A DNA stretch of 32,000 bases from Kineococcus radiotolerans SRS30216 = ATCC BAA-149 (GTDB taxonomy: Bacteria; Actinomycetota; Actinomycetes; Actinomycetales; Kineococcaceae). Of this stretch, positions 16,133-24,205 are shown in pieces (position 1 is the first letter of the stretch; every line of letters begins with the position of its first letter). Made by a program: the position numbers and the translations under genes. The stretch lies in assembly GCF_000017305.1 (NCBI RefSeq), contig NC_009664.2, positions 2,580,001-2,612,000 of the forward strand. The letters are read 5' to 3'. The notes under the pieces are model-generated. The model had not been told where the DNA came from. It ran no database searches and saw nothing but the letters and a program-made list of their open reading frames with translations.

Positions 16133-17131
16133 TCACCGGCTCTTGACGGAGAGGTTCACCGGCCCCCCGGTCGTCAGCACGACGTCGGCGTAGTCGTCCC
16201 ACGTGTAGAAGACGCCGATCAGGTAGGTGTGACCCGCCACCAGCTCGACCGGGGTCTCGCAGTCCCAGTCGTCGGCGTTCTCGACCAGGCGGGTGGACCC
16301 GTCGGGCAGCAGCTCCAGGATCCCCGTCCGCAGGCCGGCGGCGCCGGGGCTGTTGGCGTCCGCCCAGCCGTTGGCCGGGCTCACCGAGACGGCCGGGGCC
16401 GGACCCGTGGTCGTCGGCGCGTAGCGGTACCACGCGGTGCTCGCCTGCTGCGGCAGGAGCGAGGACAGCAGGCAGCGGCCGTAGTTCAGCAGCCGCGGTC
16501 CGTCGTCGTCGGCCAGCGAGGTGTCCACAGTGGTCGTGAACGGCAGCGAGGCGATGCGTCGCGCCTTCGTCATCCGGTCGTTGGGCGGCGGACCGGAGGG
16601 GACCCGGGTGATGTGGGTGGTGAGCGTCAGCGGGAACTGGCCGTCCTGGTCGTCGTAGGGCTTGGCGAGGTAGCCGACGACGTCCACCGGCCAGTGCCAG
16701 CGCCGGACGACCTCACCGGTGCAGGCCAGCACCTTGCCGGTCCAGTGGTCCACCACGGCCGTCCCGCTCTGCTCCTCGACGGGCCCTCGCCCGTACCAGA
16801 CCCCGGCCGAGACCGCCTTGATCGGGCCGTCGAGCTTGCTGCCGACCGCGTACCACTGCGGCGCGGACAGGGGGGCACCGCCGTTGCAGGCGGCGGCCAC
16901 CGCGGCGTTGGCCCGGGCCCGGCCCCGTCCGCCGTCCCCCTCGCCCCGCGCGTCGCCGGTGCCGGTGAAGGGCAGGGTCCGGACCGTGCGGAGGGTGGGC
17001 CGGGTGGGCTCGGCGGCGCTCGCGGCCGCCGGGGCCACCAGCGACAGGCCGGCCACGGCGACGGCGACGGAGGCCAGCGCGGACCCCCACCGTGCACCTG
17101 GATGTCGGGCCGCGACCGTTGCGGTAACCAT
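16133..17131 (-). CDS. secreted hypothetical protein, paralog B (two tandem copies of the same domain)
   Basis: 332 aa. Signal peptide ending ASA/A. SD GGGGGGA lies upstream of the ATG at 17131. The C-terminal domain is shared with paralog A. The N-terminal half repeats the pattern (LPFTGTGD...C...WY...GKVLACT...PVDVVGYL). Confidence 0.65.
   Translation of the reverse strand: MVTATVAARHPGARWGSALASVAVAVAGLSLVAPAAASAAEPTRPTLRTVRTLPFTGTGDARGEGDGGRGRARANAAVAAACNGGAPLSAPQWYAVGSKLDGPIKAVSAGVWYGRGPVEEQSGTAVVDHWTGKVLACTGEVVRRWHWPVDVVGYLAKPYDDQDGQFPLTLTTHITRVPSGPPPNDRMTKARRIASLPFTTTVDTSLADDDGPRLLNYGRCLLSSLLPQQASTAWYRYAPTTTGPAPAVSVSPANGWADANSPGAAGLRTGILELLPDGSTRLVENADDWDCETPVELVAGHTYLIGVFYTWDDYADVVLTTGGPVNLSVKSR
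16256..16288. repeat. 33-bp stretch identical to 15380-15412 (copy 2)
   Basis: Same 33-mer, read directly from the sequence. Confidence 0.85.
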
Positions 17132-17146
17132 CAGTTCCCCCCTGGA

Positions 17147-17159
17147 TGACTGTCAGTCA
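17147..17159. promoter_or_regulatory. 13-bp palindrome TGACTG-T-CAGTCA just upstream of the paralog B start
   Basis: Perfect 6-1-6 inverted repeat, 16-28 nt upstream of the ATG at 17131, in a locally GC-poorer stretch. Confidence 0.25.
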
Positions 17160-17217
17160 CGTACGAGGGGAGGTTACGCCGAACGGGTGAGGTGGGGGGA
17201 GCGGTTGCCGACATCCA

Positions 17218-17252
17218 CCGCCGGCGGCCGGGACGGGCCCGGCCACCGGCGG
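17218..17252 (-). terminator. GC-rich hairpin downstream of the CitE-like gene
   Basis: CCGCCGGCGGCCGGG-ACGGG-CCCGGCCACCGGCGG: 15-bp arms with one C/A mismatch, ending 19 nt after the stop at 17272. No U-tract. Confidence 0.45.
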
Positions 17253-17271
17253 GCGGGTCACCGCGGCGGGG

Positions 17272-18114
17272 TCACAGCGGGCGGATCCCGAAGGCGTCGG
17301 CGAGCTCCTGGATGCGGCGGGCGCGGCCCAGGCGGGGCAGGTCGGAGCCGTCGCGCACGACGCCGCCGCTCTTCTCGAAGTTCTCGATGAAGTCGCGCGC
17401 CCAGGTGGCGTCGGAGACGTTCGGGCTCATGACCTCGTTGATGACGTAGGCCTGCTCGGCGTCCAGGCAGAGCTTGCCCATCATGCCCATGGCCACCCCG
17501 ACGGCGGAGGCCTCGCGCAGCTCCGGGTGGCCGCCGCCGGTGGTGGGGCCGTCGATCGGGCCGGGCAGCTTGCCGATCGCGCTGGCGATGACGAGGCGGC
17601 TGCGGGGGTAGGCCATGGCGAGGTCCTCGGCGCTGGCGCCGGTGTCGCGGCGGTAGTCCCCGGACCCGAAGGCGAGCCGGAAGGTCCCGCGCGCGCACGC
17701 GATCTCGCGGGCCTCCTCGATGCCCAGCGCGGACTCGCACAGCGCGACGACGGGGACGTTGCCGCCGAGGGCGTGCCAGGTCGCCTCGACCTGCTCCCCG
17801 GCCTCGGTCTTGGCCAGCATCACCCCGAGCAGGTTCGGGACGCCCTTGAGCGCGTCGACGTCGTCGCGCCAGTGCGGGGTCGTCACGTCGTTGATGCGGA
17901 CGAACGCCTGCCCGCCCCCGGCGAGCCAGGAGATGGCGTCGGCGCGCGCGGAGTCCTTGCGGCTGGGGTCCACGGCGTCCTCGACGTCGAGGACGACCTG
18001 GTCGGCGCGGGAGGCCGCGGCCACGTCGAACAGCTCCGTCCGGGTGGCGTTCACCAGCAACCACGTGCGCGCGTACCGGGGCTCGACGATGTGCACCTTG
18101 CGATCAGCGGTCAT
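17272..18114 (-). CDS. HpcH/HpaI aldolase / citrate lyase beta subunit (CitE)-like lyase
   Basis: 280 aa. VLDVEDAVDP motif and overall CitE-like sequence (LVNATR...RIN...E.A.G...A...I). Confidence 0.85.
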   Translation of the reverse strand: MTADRKVHIVEPRYARTWLLVNATRTELFDVAAASRADQVVLDVEDAVDPSRKDSARADAISWLAGGGQAFVRINDVTTPHWRDDVDALKGVPNLLGVMLAKTEAGEQVEATWHALGGNVPVVALCESALGIEEAREIACARGTFRLAFGSGDYRRDTGASAEDLAMAYPRSRLVIASAIGKLPGPIDGPTTGGGHPELREASAVGVAMGMMGKLCLDAEQAYVINEVMSPNVSDATWARDFIENFEKSGGVVRDGSDLPRLGRARRIQELADAFGIRPL

Positions 18115-18178
18115 GGGGTCCGACGGTAGCGCCGCGGCGCCCGCCCACGGGTGCGCGCCCGCCCGCGAGTGGGGAGTC

Positions 18179-19552
18179 TCACGCCCGGGCGAGCACCCGC
18201 CGCCGGGCGGCGACGAGGTCGGCGACGGCCCGCTCCTGCGACGTGGTGCGCAGCTCCCCGTCCTCCACGACGACCCGGCCCTCGACCGTCGACCACCGCA
18301 GCGGCGGGGTGGGACCGATGACGAGGGCGACGACGGGGTCGTCGAGGTCGGCGTGGCCGAGACCGCGCAGGTCCCACACGGCGAGGTCGGCGCGCTTGCC
18401 GACCTCGACCGAGCCGATCTCGTCCTGGCGCCCGAGGCAGGCGGCGCCGCCGGTCGTGGCGGCCCGCAGCGCGTCGCGGGCGCTCATGGCGTCCGGGCCG
18501 CCGCGCAGGCGGGCGGTGTAGACCATCTGGCGCAGCTCGTCGGCGAGGCTGCCCTGCTCGCTGGAGGCGGCGCCGTCGACGCCGAGACCGACGCCGACGC
18601 CCGCGGCCAGCAGGTCGTGGGCGCGGGCCATCCCCGCCCCGAGGCGGGCGTTGGAGCTGGGGCAGTGCGCGACGGAGCTGCCCGTGCGCGCCAGGGTCGC
18701 GATGTCGGCGTCGGAGAGGTGCACGCAGTGGGCCAGCCACACGTCGGGGCCCAGCCAGCCGAGGTCCTCGAGCACCTCGACGGGGCGCGCGCCGAAGGTG
18801 CGGGCGCAGAACTCCTCCTCGTCGGCGGTCTCGGCGAGGTGCGTGTGGCGCCGGACGCCGAGCTCGGCGGCCTGCGCGGCGGTCTGGCGCAGCAGGTCGG
18901 GGGTGACGGAGAACGGCGAGCAGGGGGCGGCGCCGACCCGGACCATCGAGCCGGGGGAGGGGTCGTGGTGGCGCGCGACCGCGTCGGCCGTGGCGGCCAG
19001 CACGGTGTCGATCGTCTCGACGACGGAGTCCGGCGGCAGGCCGCCCGCGGAGCGGCCCAGGTCCATCGACCCCCGGGTGGGGGAGAAGCGCAGGCCCACC
19101 GCCCGCGCCGCCTCGACGGTCGCGGCGAGCTGGTCGCCGCCGTCGTGGGGGTGCAGGTAGTGGTGGTCCGAGGAGGTCGTGCAGCCGGTGAGGGCCAGGC
19201 GCGCCAGACCGGCCCGCGCGGCGGCCTCGACGTCGGTCGCGTCGAGGTGCGCCCAGACCGGGTACAGCGTCGTGAGCCAGTCGAACAGCCCCGCGTCGAC
19301 GGCGAAGCCCCGCGTGGCCCACTGGTAGAGGTGGTGGTGGGTGTTGACGAACCCCGGGGTCACCAGGTGGCCGCGGGCGTCGAGGACGCGGTCGGCGGTG
19401 GTCCCCGGTGGCGGGTCGCCGGCCCCGACCGCGGCGACGACCCCGTCGCGGACGAGGACGTGGCCGTGGGGGTGTTCGGTCCCGGCGGCGTCCACCGTCA
19501 CGACGGCGGCCCCGGTGATGAGCAGGCTCGGCACGGGCCGATCCTGCCCCAC
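18179..19552 (-). CDS. amidohydrolase, 8-oxoguanine deaminase-like (AtzB/SsnA group)
   Basis: 457 aa. Metal-binding TPGFVNTHHHLYQ, HTHLAE, HCVHL and VGLGVDG motifs. GTG start at 19552. The alternative GTG at 19534 (VPSLLITG) is equally plausible. Confidence 0.85.
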   Translation of the reverse strand: MGQDRPVPSLLITGAAVVTVDAAGTEHPHGHVLVRDGVVAAVGAGDPPPGTTADRVLDARGHLVTPGFVNTHHHLYQWATRGFAVDAGLFDWLTTLYPVWAHLDATDVEAAARAGLARLALTGCTTSSDHHYLHPHDGGDQLAATVEAARAVGLRFSPTRGSMDLGRSAGGLPPDSVVETIDTVLAATADAVARHHDPSPGSMVRVGAAPCSPFSVTPDLLRQTAAQAAELGVRRHTHLAETADEEEFCARTFGARPVEVLEDLGWLGPDVWLAHCVHLSDADIATLARTGSSVAHCPSSNARLGAGMARAHDLLAAGVGVGLGVDGAASSEQGSLADELRQMVYTARLRGGPDAMSARDALRAATTGGAACLGRQDEIGSVEVGKRADLAVWDLRGLGHADLDDPVVALVIGPTPPLRWSTVEGRVVVEDGELRTTSQERAVADLVAARRRVLARA

Positions 19553-19577
19553 CGGGGCCGGGGTGCGTCGGGGGAGC

Positions 19578-20602
<1,025 letters not shown>

Positions 20603-20604
20603 GA

Positions 20605-20634
20605 AGGCTACGTTCAGCGAGGGCAGGCTGTCCT
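20605..20634 (-). promoter_or_regulatory. candidate promoter of the fur-dps operon (-35 AGGACA, 18-nt spacer, -10 TAGCCT on the minus strand)
   Basis: The -10 hexamer fits the actinobacterial TAnnnT pattern. The -35 match is weak. Position inferred only from sequence. Confidence 0.3.
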
Positions 20635-20705
20635 CCACCCCGCCCTCACCCCGTCCTCCACCCCGTCCACCCGTCCTCGGGACCGCGCCGGGCCCGGGGA
20701 CGGGA

Positions 20706-20736
20706 ACGGCCCCGGAGCGGTGCGCTCCGGGGCCGT
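20706..20736 (-). terminator. intrinsic terminator-like hairpin after the MFS transporter gene
   Basis: Perfect 14-bp stem ACGGCCCCGGAGCG / CGCTCCGGGGCCGT with loop GTG, starting 17 nt after the stop at 20754. Only TT follows the stem. Confidence 0.6.
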
Positions 20737-20753
20737 CCTCGTCGTGCGGGGGG

Positions 20754-22811
20754 TCAGTTCTGCGCGCCGAGCTCCTGCTGCGCGGCCTGCGCCGTCACCT
20801 CGTGGGACCCGGCGTGACGGCCGCGGGGCGTCGCGGCCTCCTCGCCCAGGGCGGCCTCGATGGAGTCCTCGTCGAGACCGAGCTCGCGCAGGTTCTCCAC
20901 CGCGGCGTCGAACGCGGCCTCGCGGCGCTCGGCCTCGAGGGCGAGCTCGGCCATGGCGAGCTGCGCGGCCTTGGCCTGCTGCACCCCGCTGCGGAGGCGC
21001 TCGGCGAGCTCCCCCGGTGCCATCCCGTCCACGGCCGCGACCGTACCGGCGGAGGACCGGGAGGCGCCAGAGGTCGCCGGGGCCGGTGTCGGCGCCGGAG
21101 CCGGCGTCGGGGCCGGCGGGACGACCTCGGTCGGGGCTCCGGCCGCCTCGGCCGGGGCCGCCACCGCCGCGCCCTCCGGGCCGGGGGTCGGGGCCGCCGC
21201 GCCCGGCGCGCCGCGCAGCGGCAGGGCGGGCAGGAACAGCACGGTGACGAAGCCCAGCAGCATGACGCCGGCGGCGACGAGGTAGATGAGGCTCGTCGAG
21301 TCGGTGAAGCCGACCTTGAACGGGTGCGAGACGACGGCGGGCAGCGTGGACAGCACCGAGGTGTTGTCCGTCGCCCGGGCCAGGGTCGCCTGCAGACCGG
21401 CCTGGTCCAGGCCCGCCTCGGCGAGCCCGGCCTGGAAGGCGGGGGTGGGGCCGGCCTTCGCGTACTCGTCGGCGACGTGGGTGCCGAGGCTGGAGAACAG
21501 GATGGACAGGAACACCGCGGTGCCCAGGGTCCCGCCCATCTGGCGGAAGAAGGTCACCGAGCTGGTGGCGACGCCGATCTCGGTGCGCGCGGCGGCGTTC
21601 TGCACGGCCAGGATGATCGGCTGCATGTTGCCGCCGAGGCCCCAGCCGAGGAGCAGCATCGCGATCATGGTCTGCCAGATCGGGGTGTCGGCGTTGACCC
21701 GGGAGAACAGGAACAGCGCGACGACCATGAGCCCGGTGCCCACGACCGGCAGGACCTTGTACTTGCCGGTGCGGGCGATGAACTTCCCGGAGAACATGCT
21801 CGCGGACATGATCCCGACGACGACGGGCAGCATCTGCAGACCGCCCTCGGTCGGGGTGGAGCCCTTGACGACCTGCAGGTACTGCGGCAGCACGGCGAAA
21901 CCGCCGAACATGCCCATGCCGAGGATGAGGCTGCCGAGGCTGCCGACGACGAAGGTGCGGCCGCGGAACATGCGCAGCGGCAGCAGCGCCTCCTCGCCGT
22001 AGGCGCGCTCGGCGAGGACGAACCCGATGAGCCCGACGAGCCCGAGGCCGTAGCAGACGAGGGCCTCCGTCGAGCCCCAGCCCCAGGTGCGGCCCTCCTC
22101 GGCGACCAGCAGCAGCGGCACCAGGCAGAGGATGAGGGTCAGCGCGCCCGGCCAGTCGATGCGGTGCTTGGTCGTGCGCTTGGGCAGCTTGAGGTTCTTC
22201 AGCACCACGAACAGCGCCAGGGCGCCCAGCGGCACGTTGATCCAGAAGATCCAGCGCCAGCCGTCGAGGCCGACGATGGAGTCCTGGCCGGAGAGGAAGC
22301 CGCCGGCGACCGGCCCCAGCACGCTGGAGGTGCCGAAGACCATCATGAAGTAGGCCTGGTAGCGGGCGCGCTCCCGGGCGGGGACGATGTCGGCGATGAT
22401 CGTCAGGGCGAGCGACATCAGGCCGCCGGCGCCGAGGCCCTGCAGGGCGCGGAACGCGGCGAGCTCGTACATCGAGGTCGAGATGCCGCACAGCGCGGAG
22501 CCGATGACGAAGATGACGATGGCGGCGATGAAGAACGGCCGCCGGCCGTACATGTCCGACAGCTTCCCGTACAGCGGCGTCGAGATCGTCGAGGTGATGA
22601 GGAAGGCCGTCGTCGCCCACGCCTGGAGGGAGAACCCGTCGAGGTCGTCGGCGATGGTGCGGATGGCGGTGGAGACGATCGTCTGGTCGAGGGCGCCGAG
22701 GAACATGCCCAGCAGCAGCCCGTAGAGGATCGCCAGGATCTGCCGGTGGCTGAGCGCCGGGGTGTCGGTGCTCGCGGACGCCGGGGGCGAACCGGCGGGG
22801 GTGCTGCTCAT
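20754..22811 (-). CDS. MFS drug:H+ antiporter, DHA2 (EmrB/QacA, 14-TMS) family, with a ~154-aa C-terminal extension
   Basis: ATG at 22811 overlaps the marR stop (ATGA). LDQTIVSTA, GKLSDMYGRR and LQGLGAGG motifs. The tail is a Pro/Ala-rich linker plus a charged helical segment. Confidence 0.9.
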   Translation of the reverse strand: MSSTPAGSPPASASTDTPALSHRQILAILYGLLLGMFLGALDQTIVSTAIRTIADDLDGFSLQAWATTAFLITSTISTPLYGKLSDMYGRRPFFIAAIVIFVIGSALCGISTSMYELAAFRALQGLGAGGLMSLALTIIADIVPARERARYQAYFMMVFGTSSVLGPVAGGFLSGQDSIVGLDGWRWIFWINVPLGALALFVVLKNLKLPKRTTKHRIDWPGALTLILCLVPLLLVAEEGRTWGWGSTEALVCYGLGLVGLIGFVLAERAYGEEALLPLRMFRGRTFVVGSLGSLILGMGMFGGFAVLPQYLQVVKGSTPTEGGLQMLPVVVGIMSASMFSGKFIARTGKYKVLPVVGTGLMVVALFLFSRVNADTPIWQTMIAMLLLGWGLGGNMQPIILAVQNAAARTEIGVATSSVTFFRQMGGTLGTAVFLSILFSSLGTHVADEYAKAGPTPAFQAGLAEAGLDQAGLQATLARATDNTSVLSTLPAVVSHPFKVGFTDSTSLIYLVAAGVMLLGFVTVLFLPALPLRGAPGAAAPTPGPEGAAVAAPAEAAGAPTEVVPPAPTPAPAPTPAPATSGASRSSAGTVAAVDGMAPGELAERLRSGVQQAKAAQLAMAELALEAERREAAFDAAVENLRELGLDEDSIEAALGEEAATPRGRHAGSHEVTAQAAQQELGAQN

Positions 22812-23416
22812 GCGTTCTCCTGGGCGGGGGCCGGTGGGGTGCGGAGGCAATCGGTGCGGGCCTGCTCGAGGCCGTCGACGAACCGGGACAGCAGGGCCGT
22901 GAACCGGCTCAGCTCGTCCTCGTCGAAGCCGGCGACGGCGGTGGCGAGGTGCTCGTGGCGGCGCTGCTTCATGGTCGCGACGACGTCGTGGCCGGCGTCG
23001 GTGACGGCCAGCAGGCTGGCGCGGCCGTCGTCGGGGTCGGGCAGCCTGCGCAGCAGGTCGCGCCGCACGAGCTCGGCGGTCTGCCGGCTCGTCGTCGAGG
23101 GGTCGGTCCCGAGCCGCTCGGCCAGGGCGCTGACCCGCAGCGGGCCGCTGTCGGCCAGCACGTAGAGCACCACGTGCACGGCGCGCTCGACCTCGGACTG
23201 GCCGCGGGCGACCTGCGCCTTGAACGAGTGCAGCGCCCGCTGCTGGCGGCTCACCTGGTCGGCCAGCGCGGAGACCCGCTCGGCGTGGGTGGGGGAGGGC
23301 TCGGGACCACCCCCGTCCCCGGGGGACCCGGCGGTGGTCGTCACCGCCGCGTCCGGTCGTGACGGGTCATGGGTGCTCCTGGGGGAGGGCGGACGGGGCG
23401 GGAGCGCCCGCACCAC
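22808..23416 (-). CDS. MarR-family transcriptional regulator (start uncertain: GTG 23416 or in-frame GTG 23344)
   Basis: Winged-helix core VLYVLADSGPLRVSALAERLGTDPSTTSRQTAELVRRDLLRRLPDPDDGRASLLAVTDAG. Confidence 0.8.
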   Translation of the reverse strand: MVRALPPRPPSPRSTHDPSRPDAAVTTTAGSPGDGGGPEPSPTHAERVSALADQVSRQQRALHSFKAQVARGQSEVERAVHVVLYVLADSGPLRVSALAERLGTDPSTTSRQTAELVRRDLLRRLPDPDDGRASLLAVTDAGHDVVATMKQRRHEHLATAVAGFDEDELSRFTALLSRFVDGLEQARTDCLRTPPAPAQENA

Positions 23417-23433
23417 CCGCCGTGTAACGGCGG
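23417..23433. promoter_or_regulatory. 17-bp palindrome CCGCCGT-GTA-ACGGCGG upstream of marR
   Basis: Perfect 7-3-7 inverted repeat abutting the GTG at 23416. It would be a promoter-proximal operator if marR starts at 23344. Confidence 0.3.
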
Positions 23434-23463
23434 ACGGGGGTGGGGCGAAGTACCTCCCGGGAC

Positions 23464-23482
23464 ATCGGCCGGTCCGGCCGAT
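23464..23482. promoter_or_regulatory. 19-bp palindrome ATCGGCCGG-T-CCGGCCGAT in the marR / ATPase divergent intergenic region
   Basis: Perfect 9-1-9 inverted repeat, read directly from the sequence. Confidence 0.35.
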
Positions 23483-23679
23483 CCTTGAGTGCTACACGCA
23501 ACTACTCGCAGGCTACCAGCCGCCACCACGCACCGGGAGGTCTCCGCGTGGCGACCGATCACGAGGGCCCGCTCCGGTCCGCCGGGCCGTCCCGGCCACC
23601 GGCGACGCGGTGGGACGCACCACCCGGACGGCCCTGCGCTACGGTTCGTGGTAACTCTAAGTATCGGGGGATCAACGCG

Positions 23680-24090
23680 GTGTCGTTCACGGAGTGGTCG
23701 AGCGCGACGACGCTGCCGCCTGCCCCCACGTCCTCGCGCGCCGCCCGCCGCTTCGTCGCCGGCTGGTGCGCCGCCGAGGGCGTCACCGGCGACGTCGTCG
23801 ACACCCTGCTCCTGCTGACCGCCGAGCTCGTCACCAACGCCGTCCTGCACGGGCGCAGCGACGTCGTCCTCCGCATCGGCCGGGTCGGTCCCCGGGTCCG
23901 CGTCGGCGTCGGCGACGAGAACACCCGCCTGCCCCAGCGCCGCGAGACCGACCCCGAGGCGCTCAACGGCCGCGGGATGACCCTCGTCGAAGCCCTCGCC
24001 GACGCCCACGGCATCGACGTCGAGGCCTCCGGCAAGACCGTCTGGTTCGACGTCTCCACCGTCACCGCCCCCCTCCGCGCCAGCGCCTGA
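23680..24090 (+). CDS. RsbW/SpoIIAB-like ATP-binding protein (anti-sigma-factor-type HATPase_c domain), orphan
   Basis: GTG at 23680 follows GGGGGA. 136 aa. N-box LLLTAELVTNAVLHG and G-box-like NGRGMTLVEALA. The upstream part of the track ORF (23440-23679) looks non-coding. Confidence 0.7.
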   Translation: MSFTEWSSATTLPPAPTSSRAARRFVAGWCAAEGVTGDVVDTLLLLTAELVTNAVLHGRSDVVLRIGRVGPRVRVGVGDENTRLPQRRETDPEALNGRGMTLVEALADAHGIDVEASGKTVWFDVSTVTAPLRASA

Positions 24091-24205
24091 CCGCCCGCGG
24101 GCCCCCGGTCCCCGCCGTCGCGCCGGCCCCGCACGTGATCGAGCCCACCCTCCCCGCCCCCACCGCCGGGAGGGGCCGCCCGCGCCGACGACCTACCCTG
24201 GGACC

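Noticed and set aside
14059-17217. Calling the low-GC islet a mobile element or genomic island sensu stricto
   Set aside because: No integrase, transposase, tRNA target, inverted terminal repeats or flanking direct repeats are visible. Only the compositional shift is supported.
18137-18163. 10-bp direct repeat GCGCCCGCCC (18137-18146 and 18154-18163) between the amidohydrolase and CitE-like genes
   Set aside because: It is short and extremely GC-rich, so it is expected by chance in this composition. It has no accompanying dyad symmetry.
23640-23662. GGTTCGTGG string reminiscent of a tRNA T-loop
   Set aside because: The flanking sequence cannot form acceptor or T stems, and no cloverleaf can be drawn by eye. 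I do not call a tRNA.
23440-23679. N-terminal 80 codons of track ORF 23440-24090
   Set aside because: The translation (MGRSTSRDIGRSGRSLSATRNYSQ...) has no coding character or homology pattern. The HATPase-like domain starts after the GTG at 23680, which has an upstream GGGGGA.
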